The position numbers and the translations under genes are program-made. The notes beneath the pieces were generated by a model that did no database searches, was not told the DNA's origin, and saw only the letters and a program-made list of their open reading frames with translations. DNA of 64,000 nucleotides, taken from positions 1 to 64,000 of the IMG/VR virus record IMGVR_UViG_3300045972_000071; one strand, given 5' to 3'. The DNA is from a virus. Below, piece by piece: positions 45,315-54,751 of the stretch (its first letter is position 1; each line of letters opens with the position of its first letter).

Positions 45315-46398
45315 ATTAGAGATAAGGAATTACCAATCTCATAAGCATACTTCTCTTTCATTTCATCCTGGAATGAATGTCATTACCGGAACATCTGATT
45401 CCGGTAAATCTGCCATTATGCGCTCCATGCTTTGGGCATTGAAGAACAGACCTGCAGGAGAATCTTTCAAGAACTGGGGTGCGAGCGCAACAGATGTCGT
45501 TGATGTGTCCATGGAATTTGATAATGACTATTTTACTAAGTCTCGTATAAAAGGGAAAAATAGTTATGAAACAGAAACGGACACTTATGAAGCACTACGG
45601 TCTGATGTACCTGACGCCATAAATGCCATTGCAAACATAACCGACTATAACATTCAGACACAATTTCAACCTTACTTCATGTTGCAAGATTCTGCCGGTG
45701 ATCGTGCTAAACAGTTAAACACACTTGTTGGTCTGGACATCATTGATTCTCTTTTTAAGAAACTGAATGGTAAGATTCAAGTCACAAAGACTTCGGTCAA
45801 AAGTTGTGAGGGATCCATTGTTAAAATCCAGGAACAGATTGACAGTGTTCAAGACCTGACTTCTATCGTGCAAACGACTGACAGAATGACTCTGACTATA
45901 GACAGCTATGAGAAAATGAAGGAGAGTGTGCGCTCCTTAAGCGAGAGCATCGGTAAATTAGTTGAGATTGACAGACAAATCACTGAAAAGTCCGAAATCC
46001 TAAAATCTGAACGCCCTCACCATCTGTTACAGAACAAAGTAGAATCACACCAGATTGATAAACTTCTTTGTGAAACATTAGCCGGGGATATTAAGAATCT
46101 GGTTAATACCAATGATAATTTAGATGATGATGTTGAGTGGTTGCAGATTGAGAAACCATATACCTCTCTTATAAATAAATGTAAAGAACGATCAGATTGG
46201 CAGTTTGACCTTAAGGACTTAAATGCAGATGTAAATGTTTTGTTGGATTTAACTAACAAAATTAGAAATGTAGGTACTGATTTAAGTGATATTATAAAGC
46301 TGTATACTGACAAACTTGCAGAAGAGAAGGTATGCCCTACATGCATGAGTAAGATAGGTTCTTTAACCTTAGAAAACATAAAAAGGAGTTTGGCATGA
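45304..46398 (+). CDS. sbcC: SbcC/Rad50 N-terminal half (Walker A to Zn hook)
   Basis: IRNYQSH, GTSDSGKS, Q-loop QTQF, coiled coil, CPTC at the C-terminus. Confidence 0.85.
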   Translation: MLNELEIRNYQSHKHTSLSFHPGMNVITGTSDSGKSAIMRSMLWALKNRPAGESFKNWGASATDVVDVSMEFDNDYFTKSRIKGKNSYETETDTYEALRSDVPDAINAIANITDYNIQTQFQPYFMLQDSAGDRAKQLNTLVGLDIIDSLFKKLNGKIQVTKTSVKSCEGSIVKIQEQIDSVQDLTSIVQTTDRMTLTIDSYEKMKESVRSLSESIGKLVEIDRQITEKSEILKSERPHHLLQNKVESHQIDKLLCETLAGDIKNLVNTNDNLDDDVEWLQIEKPYTSLINKCKERSDWQFDLKDLNADVNVLLDLTNKIRNVGTDLSDIIKLYTDKLAEEKVCPTCMSKIGSLTLENIKRSLA

Positions 46399-46604
46399 CA
46401 AAGGTAAAAGTAATCAGGAATTTAGATTTACCAACTAAAGCCCCACTATCATTGACTATATCTATTTGGTTGCTTCTGGATAGATTACAAGTAAGTCCTG
46501 TATGGATGGGTGTGTACTACACAATATTTACCGTTATATGGATTAGTATAATCACCTCCTTTGTTATGCAGGAATCTGTACCCGTCAAATTTGAGGAGAA
46601 ATAA
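46395..46604 (+). CDS. Small membrane protein
   Basis: Hydrophobic segments. Confidence 0.55.
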   Translation: MTKVKVIRNLDLPTKAPLSLTISIWLLLDRLQVSPVWMGVYYTIFTVIWISIITSFVMQESVPVKFEEK

Positions 46605-47119
46605 TGAGCCGACATCTTATCATAGTTAATGGTTATCCTAAGTCCGGCAAAGATGCCTTCGTTGACTACTGTTGCAGTGCGTTGGAAGATACACCGTACT
46701 GGACACGCAATGTATCAAGCGTTGATAACGTGAAGAAAGCGGCCTTGTTGTTAGGTTGGGACGGGGCTAAGGATGAATCTGGACGTAACTTCCTTTCAGA
46801 ACTGAAAGATTTAAGTACCCACACGTATGACGGTCCCATGCAATACATGCGGAGCGTGATTGAGTCTGTTCCAGAAACACACAATTTTGCTCTGTTCTTT
46901 CACATCCGAGAACCAGAAGAAATAGCAAAGTTTGTCACTTTGTATCCAAATACTATCACGGTGTGTGTTCACCGAATAGAATCAGAGAAAACATACATGA
47001 ACACTGGTGACCGGAATGTACTTGCTTATCCATATGATAAGCACATTGAAAACTATACCACTTTACGTGATCTGAAAGAGAAGGCTAACAAATTTGTGGA
47101 GGAATTAATATGCGAGTAG
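46604..47119 (+). CDS. dNMP kinase-like P-loop protein
   Basis: NGYPKSGKD, VDNVK, R.FL, HIREPEE. Confidence 0.7.
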   Translation: MSRHLIIVNGYPKSGKDAFVDYCCSALEDTPYWTRNVSSVDNVKKAALLLGWDGAKDESGRNFLSELKDLSTHTYDGPMQYMRSVIESVPETHNFALFFHIREPEEIAKFVTLYPNTITVCVHRIESEKTYMNTGDRNVLAYPYDKHIENYTTLRDLKEKANKFVEELICE

Positions 47120-47796
47120 TATTGATGGAACACACCCCTAATCCTGAGAAAGTAGTGGCACGTGCTGCCAAACAATGTTACTCTGCAGGATTCGTTGGTG
47201 ATGATTTTGTTGAAAATGCCGTTCATGATTGTACCGGTGCTGATATTAAACGCATTCGTGACGTATTTGCCAACGGTCACCTGTCCTGCTTTGAACACGC
47301 ATCATTCACTTTTGCTATTGAAGGTATTTCCAGAGCATGTTCCCACCAGCTTGTTCGTTTCCGTGTCGCTTCATTCAGTCAACAATCACAGCGGTACTGT
47401 CAGCTAGGTGAGAACTTTGCTTATGTTATCCCGCCATCCATTCAGAATAACCCAGAAGCGAAAAAACTGTTTGTTCGCACCATGCTTGAATTGAGCAAGA
47501 CCTATGAAATTCTTATCGCTAATGGAATACCTGCTGAGGATGCAAGGTTTGTCGCACCCAATGCCACAGAAACGAATATCGTAATGACCATGAATGCTAG
47601 GGAGTTACTCCACGCATTCAGTCTGCGGTGCTGTACACACGCTCAATGGGAAATTCGTGATATGTTCAATACGATGCTCCCAATGTGTAAAGAAGCGGCA
47701 CCACTTCTGTTTGAGAATGCGGGTGCGCCTTGTGATGTAAAGGGAACATGTCCTGAAGGTACTCGTTCATGTGGTAAAATTAACAATGCAGTTTAG
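47110..47796 (+). CDS. thyX: FAD-dependent thymidylate synthase
   Basis: GHLSCFEH, SRACSHQLVRFRVASFSQQSQRY, EDAR, NAREL, AQWEIR. Confidence 0.93.
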   Translation: MRVVLMEHTPNPEKVVARAAKQCYSAGFVGDDFVENAVHDCTGADIKRIRDVFANGHLSCFEHASFTFAIEGISRACSHQLVRFRVASFSQQSQRYCQLGENFAYVIPPSIQNNPEAKKLFVRTMLELSKTYEILIANGIPAEDARFVAPNATETNIVMTMNARELLHAFSLRCCTHAQWEIRDMFNTMLPMCKEAAPLLFENAGAPCDVKGTCPEGTRSCGKINNAV

Positions 47797-47986
47797 TATA
47801 AGGCATAAGTATCACAAAACTGGATCTGTATTTTCGGAAGAAGATGCCCCTGACTGGTTGACTGGAGTTAATACAGTCAGGGGTTCAACTATGGATTGCA
47901 GGTGGTTCTGGACAGACCATGTACTTACTCTTGAAGTAGGAAAGAGTGTTGACACTGATTTTCATACAATAACCAGACTAGTATAA
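47786..47986 (+). CDS. Hypothetical protein
   Basis: Operonic ORF. Confidence 0.5.
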   Translation: MQFSIRHKYHKTGSVFSEEDAPDWLTGVNTVRGSTMDCRWFWTDHVLTLEVGKSVDTDFHTITRLV

Positions 47987-47996
47987 GAGGTGCAAC

Positions 47997-48212
47997 ATGG
48001 CAGATGATAAAGTGGTCCAATTACCTGGTACACAACAGAAGATTCCATTTGTTCAGTTAGTTAAACAGATGGTTGAAGAACTTCCGGCACAAATTGAGTA
48101 TTACCGTTGTGTTGCTAAGATCAAGAAGTCATATCAGAAAGACTTGATTGCTGAGGGGTTTACCAAAGATGAAGCATTCACTCTAGTCAGAGATATTTTC
48201 ACAGGTAAATGA
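47997..48212 (+). CDS. Hypothetical protein
   Basis: RBS GAGGT. Confidence 0.6.
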   Translation: MADDKVVQLPGTQQKIPFVQLVKQMVEELPAQIEYYRCVAKIKKSYQKDLIAEGFTKDEAFTLVRDIFTGK

Positions 48213-48258
48213 AATACATGTTATTATCATAATAGATATTGAATTTAGTGAGGGTGTT

Positions 48259-49173
48259 ATGAAAATATTATGTGCGGGTGATCAGCACTGGACAACAACT
48301 AAACCCAAGAACAGAACTGATGATTACTACAAAACTGTTCTGGATAAACTCCAGCAAGAATGTGAGATTGCTGAGGAGTATTTCTGCAAAGCAATCATCT
48401 TCCCTGGTGATCTATTTGATTCGTTCAAAGAGAACCACGCAATAACACAGGACATTATCAATCTGTTCAAAGATGCCCATATACAGATATTCTGCGTTGC
48501 AGGCCAACACGACCAGAAGTTTCATAACAATGATCTTCGTGGTACTGCGTTAGGAACACTTATTGCCGCAGGGGTTGTCACACTTCTCAGTAGAAGTCCT
48601 TACTTTATAGACAGTGTGGCATTGTACGGTGCTTCTTGGAAAGAAGAGATACCTGAAATTACTGTACCTAATCAAGTAAACATCCTCGTTACCCACAGAA
48701 TGATTGTAGATGAAAAACTGTGGGCCCAACAAGAAGGACATGCTTGGGCAAACCATTTGCTTATCAAGAATAAGTTTGACCTGATTGTATCTGGTGATAA
48801 TCACAAAAGATTCTCTGCATCCAAAGGATCACAGCACTTGATTAACTGTGGTGCTATGCTCCGATCATCCATTGCCCAAGTAGAACACAAACCCGCTGTT
48901 GCTGTTTATGATACATGTAAAAACTCGTTTGAATGGGTTGAGTTGGTTATCAAACCCATAGATGAAGTAATGTGTATCGAAAAGGCAGAGAAGGAGAAGG
49001 AGAAGAATAAACAGCTTGAATCGTTTGTATTGTCTCTGAAAGATGCCGAGTTCGGACCGCACGGAGAAGTGCGTATAAAGCTGGATTTTGTTGATGCTCT
49101 GACAAAGTATATCGAAGCAAACGAAGTACCCGATGATGTGGCAGATATAATCTACGAATTACTGGAGAAATAA
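48259..49173 (+). CDS. sbcD: SbcD/Mre11 nuclease
   Basis: GDQH, GDLFD, GQHD, VTH, GDNH, NCGAMLR. Confidence 0.88.
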   Translation: MKILCAGDQHWTTTKPKNRTDDYYKTVLDKLQQECEIAEEYFCKAIIFPGDLFDSFKENHAITQDIINLFKDAHIQIFCVAGQHDQKFHNNDLRGTALGTLIAAGVVTLLSRSPYFIDSVALYGASWKEEIPEITVPNQVNILVTHRMIVDEKLWAQQEGHAWANHLLIKNKFDLIVSGDNHKRFSASKGSQHLINCGAMLRSSIAQVEHKPAVAVYDTCKNSFEWVELVIKPIDEVMCIEKAEKEKEKNKQLESFVLSLKDAEFGPHGEVRIKLDFVDALTKYIEANEVPDDVADIIYELLEK

Positions 49174-49174
49174 G

Positions 49175-49414
49175 ATGGCAACTATCCAAGAAGAATTGAA
49201 TAAACTTGGCAAGGAAATTGAAGCTGCCAAGCGTAGTGTCGCTCAACTTGAGGGACGTAAGTCCGAGATTATGGACGGACTCAAAAAGAACTTCAATGTA
49301 GATACCATAAGCGGAGCGGAGTCTCTTCTCAAGACAATGCAGGATAAAGTAACAGCTATGGATGAAGAAATTATGAATGAATTTGAAGCCCTGAAAAGAG
49401 ACTTCTCATGGTAA
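49175..49414 (+). CDS. Small coiled-coil protein
   Basis: Heptad pattern; lies between sbcD and the SbcC C-half. Confidence 0.6.
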   Translation: MATIQEELNKLGKEIEAAKRSVAQLEGRKSEIMDGLKKNFNVDTISGAESLLKTMQDKVTAMDEEIMNEFEALKRDFSW

Positions 49415-50031
49415 CTGGAAACTACGGATATGAACTGAATAAGGTCAAGACCAAGATTGACGAACTCCAACTGTATAAGAAGATGAAAACAGAGCAGTTG
49501 GAAGAAACAAAACTGGAACTATCCCAGCTAAATAAGACGCTCCTCTCTGCTGAAAAAGCCAGAGCAGTTGTGCAGGCGGTGGCTAATGACGTACAAAAGA
49601 GCCTTGAATACCGTATTACCAACATTGTTACTATGGCTCTTGCTTCTGTTTTTCCTGACCCATACGAGTTTAAAGTGGAGTTTGTCACCCGACGGAACCA
49701 AACTGAATGTGATATGTACTTTGTCCGTGATGGGAATGAGTGCGACCCAATGGACTCAACTGGGGGCGGGGCCATCGACATTGCATCTTTAGCATTACGT
49801 ATGGCTATCTGGTCAATAAAGAAAACCAGGGCAATTCAACTTCTTGATGAACCTGCAAAGTTTTTATCAAGAGACTTGCAAGAAAAGTGTTCGGAGATGC
49901 TCAAGGAACTGTCGGAGAAGCTCGGCATTCAGATGATAATAATATCTCATATCCCCGAAATGATAAGTGCGGCAGATCGTGTTTTTAACATAGAATTAAT
50001 CAATGGAGAATCCCATGTTAGAGTCATTTAG
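49408..50031 (+). CDS. sbcC: SbcC/Rad50 C-terminal half (signature, Walker B, H-loop)
   Basis: STGGG, LALR, LLDEP, IISH, ADRVF. Confidence 0.85.
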   Translation: MVTGNYGYELNKVKTKIDELQLYKKMKTEQLEETKLELSQLNKTLLSAEKARAVVQAVANDVQKSLEYRITNIVTMALASVFPDPYEFKVEFVTRRNQTECDMYFVRDGNECDPMDSTGGGAIDIASLALRMAIWSIKKTRAIQLLDEPAKFLSRDLQEKCSEMLKELSEKLGIQMIIISHIPEMISAADRVFNIELINGESHVRVI

Positions 50032-50233
50032 CGAGTTGCGACAGAAGAAAGTTGAACTGGAAATGGAACTATCCAATGTTATAACTCGGTCACTGAGGGA
50101 GTTCCATAGGGAAACGGGATTTATTCCTACTATCAGTGTGAGCGTAAGAGTGGATGTGTTGCACAACTTTTGCAGTGAACAGTCGGAATACCATCTACGG
50201 TGTGTAGAAGTAGAAGCTGACATACGATTATGA
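50003..50233 (+). CDS. Hypothetical protein
   Basis: Operonic ORF. Confidence 0.5.
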   Translation: MENPMLESFSELRQKKVELEMELSNVITRSLREFHRETGFIPTISVSVRVDVLHNFCSEQSEYHLRCVEVEADIRL

Positions 50234-50490
50234 GTTGGTACATAGTGACGGCAAATCTGGATAAACCTCACTATACAGCATATAAGGATATAAACTGTAA
50301 ACACCTATTACGTCTTGGGGATAATAGGTGCAAACTACCCAGACATATAACATTCCGTAAGGAATTAGGAGTTCATTCTCCGTGTTCGTATTGTGCCACA
50401 GAAGAGAAACTAGAGTGGTGGAAGAAAGATTCTGTATACTTCACAAATAACCCACATAAACTGTCTGGTTATCATAAGGTGAACAAATGA
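50230..50490 (+). CDS. Hypothetical protein
   Basis: Operonic ORF. Confidence 0.5.
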   Translation: MSWYIVTANLDKPHYTAYKDINCKHLLRLGDNRCKLPRHITFRKELGVHSPCSYCATEEKLEWWKKDSVYFTNNPHKLSGYHKVNK

Positions 50491-50807
50491 AATTAATACA
50501 GAAAATAGACTTAGTTAGAGGGCAGATGATTCCTGATGCGTTCATTTCTTTCGGTAACCATCATATAGGTGGAAAGTATCTCTGCATTAATTTTCCTCTG
50601 TACGTGCTTGATTGGATGTATGACGGTTCAAGTGACTCTTACATATTTGGATGGTACACACCATCTATACGTATTGTTACTGGGCTTCATCAATTTGTTG
50701 TTTCCTGGTATTACATGTTCCGAAGTAATTTTATGGGGGAAGAAAAGATTAGGAGAAATTCCCTATACGGGCTGCCCATTTATTGTAAACCTAGGAAAGA
50801 AAAATAA
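50487..50807 (+). CDS. Hypothetical protein
   Basis: Operonic ORF. Confidence 0.5.
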   Translation: MKLIQKIDLVRGQMIPDAFISFGNHHIGGKYLCINFPLYVLDWMYDGSSDSYIFGWYTPSIRIVTGLHQFVVSWYYMFRSNFMGEEKIRRNSLYGLPIYCKPRKEK

Positions 50808-51233
50808 ATGTTAGACTTCACTCCGGTAATGGATCGTGTATATACGATTCTAAAAGAATTTCCTGACGCCAGAAATGATGATAAGGTACTCAACTGCGAG
50901 TTCCTTTTATATTGGCATGGAATACACACATTCAGAGAATGTATCGGAAATCATGCTGTACCACAATGCAAGACCATTGAGCGTTGTCGCAGGGAAGTGC
51001 AAAGATACTGTAAGGATGTAGCGGCTGATCCTAAGATAACAGCGTTCCGCAGAAAGAACGAGCGTGACTTTTTTAAGGAATTAAAACGTCAAGGAATCGC
51101 TTGGGCCGTGAAAAGAAATCTACAGGTGTTCAAAAAATCTGATAAGATCATATCTAGAAAAGAAAGAACGCTAATTGAAAAAGATTGGAGGAGAGAATAT
51201 TATGGTCAAGCGCCCAATGAAGTTCCCAAGTGA
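50808..51233 (+). CDS. Hypothetical conserved phage protein
   Basis: ILKEFPDARNDD...TIERCRREVQ. Confidence 0.6.
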   Translation: MLDFTPVMDRVYTILKEFPDARNDDKVLNCEFLLYWHGIHTFRECIGNHAVPQCKTIERCRREVQRYCKDVAADPKITAFRRKNERDFFKELKRQGIAWAVKRNLQVFKKSDKIISRKERTLIEKDWRREYYGQAPNEVPK

Positions 51234-52143
51234 AAGTATCCCTGATGCAAGACTGGAAGAGATAGAATACCCAGTTGTTGTGTCACCCAAACTGGATGGG
51301 TATCGTTGTCTATGTGACGGTGATACTGCATTCTCTTCCTCCCTTAAACCAATCACTAACAGATACATCCAGAAGTGTCTGACAGGTGAGGATTACGAAG
51401 GACTTGACGGAGAGCTTATTGTTGGTTCTCCGTTTGCTTTGGATGAAGATGATGATGTTTTCAATCGCACTACTGGTCCTGTCCGCAGAGCAGACGGTGA
51501 GCCCGACTTCAAGTATTATGTTTTCGATGATTGGAGATTCCCTCTTGAAAACTATGGTAAGCGTTGGATTAAGCAAGTAGAGGAATGTGACGAAATCCAT
51601 ACTATTCCTTTTGTTGTAGTTATCGAACAACGCCTTTGCCGTAATGCAAAAGAGGTTCTTGCGGCGTTCAAAGAGTTTGAGGATATGGGATATGAAGGTG
51701 CAATCATCCGCAGACTTACTGCACCGTACAAAGAAGGACGCTGTACCTATCGTGAAGAGTTTGGTTTCAAGAAAGCGTCATGGGCTTATGATGAAGGTAT
51801 CATCACAGGATGCTATGAGCAGAATGAGAACCTCAACGAGAAAGTAACCAATGAACTTGGTCTATCTAAACGATCTTCTCACAAAGAGAACAAGAGTGGT
51901 AAAGGTACTCTTGGTGGATTTAACCTTAAATCAAAACTGTTTGAGGAAGATTTCTGCTGTGGTACGATCAAAGGTGCTACAATAGCTTGGCGTCAAGACA
52001 TCTGGGATAAGTGGATTGCAAATCCTGATTCTATTCGTGGATTACCATTTAAGTATAAATATAAAGTTGTAGGTACACTTGAGAAACCACGCCAACCTAT
52101 CGGTATTGGTTTCAGAGACCCAAATGATATGACAGATTACTGA
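51202..52143 (+). CDS. ATP-dependent DNA ligase
   Basis: SPKLDGYR, LDGEL, YYVFD, GYEGAIIR, GTLG, PRQP. Confidence 0.9.
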   Translation: MVKRPMKFPSESIPDARLEEIEYPVVVSPKLDGYRCLCDGDTAFSSSLKPITNRYIQKCLTGEDYEGLDGELIVGSPFALDEDDDVFNRTTGPVRRADGEPDFKYYVFDDWRFPLENYGKRWIKQVEECDEIHTIPFVVVIEQRLCRNAKEVLAAFKEFEDMGYEGAIIRRLTAPYKEGRCTYREEFGFKKASWAYDEGIITGCYEQNENLNEKVTNELGLSKRSSHKENKSGKGTLGGFNLKSKLFEEDFCCGTIKGATIAWRQDIWDKWIANPDSIRGLPFKYKYKVVGTLEKPRQPIGIGFRDPNDMTDY

Positions 52144-52258
52144 CTCTTTGAGCGTTTGAAACCGTATCACAGACGCTCAAATCCTGCTCTGTAAGCTGTT
52201 GCAATGTGTCAGTGCTTGTGCTTGTATGCTTTAAAATTTTAAACTTGGGGGAATCAAC

Positions 52259-52612
52259 GTGATAATTCAAAGGAGATCAGTGAGATATTGTAAAAACCCC
52301 AACTGTAACTGCTTACTTCGCCAACGTGAAGGTGAATCAATGGCTAAGTTCATCCTTCGTAAATATTGTACCCCTGAGTGTAGTAAAGGAATGAAAGGGG
52401 ATAATCGCAATGTTTGTTTCTGTGGTACACCCAGGGACTTGCAACACATACCGTTCTGTAGCTGGGATTGTCGATTGATAGCCATCAAGTGCAAGCGTTG
52501 GGGAATTGAACCAGATATGAAAGAGTATGCTAAGAAGGCGCAAGAGTTGTATAATAAGCAGAGGGAAATTGATATAAGGTGCAGACCAGATCAGAATGTT
52601 TATTTAGCGTAA
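52259..52612 (+). CDS. Cys-rich hypothetical protein
   Basis: YC..C, KYCTPEC, FCSWDC. Confidence 0.55.
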   Translation: MIIQRRSVRYCKNPNCNCLLRQREGESMAKFILRKYCTPECSKGMKGDNRNVCFCGTPRDLQHIPFCSWDCRLIAIKCKRWGIEPDMKEYAKKAQELYNKQREIDIRCRPDQNVYLA

Positions 52613-52616
52613 AGGT

Positions 52617-52647
52617 AAAGCCCGATGATTAGATCGGGCTTTCTTTT
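52617..52647. terminator. Bidirectional terminator between converging transcription units
   Basis: aaagcccgat-gattag-atcgggcttt-ctttt. Confidence 0.75.
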
Positions 52648-52658
52648 GGCTTTAATGT

Positions 52659-52733
52659 TTAGCAGGGTTTCTTTCCGCCTTTTCCGGGCATTGGCTTCCC
52701 TTTAGGGGCAGCTGGTTTCTTTGTTGATGCCAT
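52659..52733 (-). CDS. 24-aa Lys/Pro/Gly peptide
   Basis: RBS AAGGAG; MASTKKPAAPKGKPMPGKGGKKPC. Confidence 0.5.
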   Translation of the reverse strand: MASTKKPAAPKGKPMPGKGGKKPC

Positions 52734-52737
52734 GTGA

Positions 52738-53025
52738 TTACTCCTTTCCGACTCCCGTAGAAGTCAAGTTGTTGTACTCAAAAATAGACTGGTTACATTT
52801 ATCTAAAGCACCTTGGTACAACTGTAAATTTATCAGCATGACCTTTGTGTTCTGTTCGTCCAGCCCGCCCTCTTCATTACTTGATACTTCATACATAGGT
52901 GGGTTAGCGACAAGGAACATTGTTGGCTTAACGCACGGTGGGCAAGGGCACCCCGCCACGAATAATGACAGTACGCTTAGGAATAGTAGAAGCCTTAATC
53001 GTGCTGATATTAGTGAAGGTCGCAT
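52738..53025 (-). CDS. o-spanin (Rz1-like lipoprotein)
   Basis: Signal peptide with lipobox FVAGC, Pro-rich, overlaps the i-spanin. Confidence 0.75.
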   Translation of the reverse strand: MRPSLISARLRLLLFLSVLSLFVAGCPCPPCVKPTMFLVANPPMYEVSSNEEGGLDEQNTKVMLINLQLYQGALDKCNQSIFEYNNLTSTGVGKE

Positions 53026-53245
53026 TGTCTATCCTTTTGTTGTTTTTATTTATCTTATCTTGAAATGCTTGGAGTTCTTTGTATTGTGTAACCTGACGGG
53101 ACAATTCTGCTTTATCTTCCTCTAACCCGTCGATTACTTTAGGGTTATGAATGAAGAACCACCACAACAATAGTATTACAATTAAGATCAGAATGCAATC
53201 CCCAACCAGTTTCTTATTCGTCCACAGCAGATTTAACCACACCAT
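52928..53245 (-). CDS. i-spanin (Rz-like)
   Basis: N-terminal TM helix plus coiled coil, in the lysis cassette. Confidence 0.7.
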   Translation of the reverse strand: MVWLNLLWTNKKLVGDCILILIVILLLWWFFIHNPKVIDGLEEDKAELSRQVTQYKELQAFQDKINKNNKRIDNATFTNISTIKASTIPKRTVIIRGGVPLPTVR

Positions 53246-53489
53246 TTTTAGCCTCCTGTACAGCTTGGGTTGTTGATGATATTTTGTTGATGCCATAAAA
53301 TGTAAGCATTGCTAGTAACCAATTTGGTTGCAAGTCTGGTTGTATTCCATTAGTTGAGTGCGCCATGGCATGACCTGAGCAAAATACATTCCAGAGAAAG
53401 CAGAGAAAGCAGAGTATCCGTCCTTCTGACCAATCTTTTGTAATATCATCTTTGAACATATTTAGGATTGATAGATTTAATTTCCTCAT
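53214..53489 (-). CDS. Putative holin
   Basis: Two hydrophobic segments; lies between the endolysin and the spanins. Confidence 0.6.
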   Translation of the reverse strand: MRKLNLSILNMFKDDITKDWSEGRILCFLCFLWNVFCSGHAMAHSTNGIQPDLQPNWLLAMLTFYGINKISSTTQAVQEAKNGVVKSAVDE

Positions 53490-53581
53490 TTTTCATACTC
53501 CTCATTATGTCAACACCATATACGTTCCAATACATGACATTATACCTATGGAGAATATAACGTATATCATCGCTATTAAGA

Positions 53582-54043
53582 TTAGGCGATTTCAAGCCTT
53601 CCAGCTTTATATTCGACACGTAAATCCCTCCAACGAGGATCCTCTATATGAGGTGCATCGTACAGTTTCTTGAAGTTACCACCCCAAGTCAATCCTCTCG
53701 ATTCAGCGATCTTACCATAAATCGCCCAAATTTCTTTAGGAGCAGTCCACCATATCTCACCATCTTCCAAGAGAGGGGCGCAATCGCATGCCAGTTTAAA
53801 GTTATGAGGAGAATCCCCACTATCAGCATTAGTGACATGTTCATCAGACTCGTCAATATAACCATCCCCATCGTTGTCCACACCGTCGGATTGCTGGATA
53901 AAGAGACCATGTTGCTCCTTCATTGTTCTAGTTGCGGACACTACTGCCCATTCATAACCTGTTGCTTGCATAGCCGCTAAACGTACATCATCTACAACAA
54001 CGTGGAACATCGGATCAAGTGTGTCAATCTTTTTCGTGGACAT
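53582..54043 (-). CDS. Endolysin, M15-family (L-Ala-D-Glu) peptidase
   Basis: RT..EQ, SPHNF.LACD, LTWGG.F...DAPHIE. Confidence 0.88.
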   Translation of the reverse strand: MSTKKIDTLDPMFHVVVDDVRLAAMQATGYEWAVVSATRTMKEQHGLFIQQSDGVDNDGDGYIDESDEHVTNADSGDSPHNFKLACDCAPLLEDGEIWWTAPKEIWAIYGKIAESRGLTWGGNFKKLYDAPHIEDPRWRDLRVEYKAGRLEIA

Positions 54044-54051
54044 AGTACCTC

Positions 54052-54546
54052 CTATTTAATTTCAACACCATGATTAGTTAGGTGATGATCTTTAATGCGG
54101 ATTAGTGCTTCGTGATCTTTGAGGCGATCCTCATTGTCCTTCATTCTTTTAAGTTCAAATACATCCAATTCATCTTCGAGGATCTTAATCCATACACGCA
54201 ATGATTCGATGTCTTTCTGGATTGCTTCTTTAGTCGTTGCAACAAGAGCGTTGCGTTCAAAAACTAGATGCCCTAACTCTTTATTCACGTTCTCCGTGAT
54301 TTGTTTTATATCATGCTTCATCTCTCCTATGCTTTGTTTGTTCGATGCTATGTCAATGGCATTCTTGCTGAATGCCTCGGCTCCGTCGTCCAGCTGATCT
54401 TGTTGCCGCGAATCCGTCAACCGTAGCAGGGTGTATAGGGTCGTTATCATCGCAAGGATTATCCCAGCGGTATATTTTACAAGATTCGTCAGACCCGTTA
54501 TTATCTCTGGATGATAATCGTTTAGCGGCGGCGGTGGCACGGGCAT
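54052..54546 (-). CDS. Membrane-anchored coiled-coil protein
   Basis: Single TM helix plus heptads. Confidence 0.55.
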   Translation of the reverse strand: MPVPPPPLNDYHPEIITGLTNLVKYTAGIILAMITTLYTLLRLTDSRQQDQLDDGAEAFSKNAIDIASNKQSIGEMKHDIKQITENVNKELGHLVFERNALVATTKEAIQKDIESLRVWIKILEDELDVFELKRMKDNEDRLKDHEALIRIKDHHLTNHGVEIK

Positions 54547-54751
54547 CTCGGAGCTCCTTTTTATACTTTGCTTTCTTCTTATCTTTTTCGCAATCCCAGT
54601 ATGCTTTTAAACATAGCATTGTTGCAATAATAAACATTAGAGCTACGATGGTTCTAATAGACCAGATCAATTCTACATAGTCTATAGGAAAATCCTGTGT
54701 GCTGTTCATATCAGCCCCTTATGTGGTAATACATCCTAGGAATGGATTATG

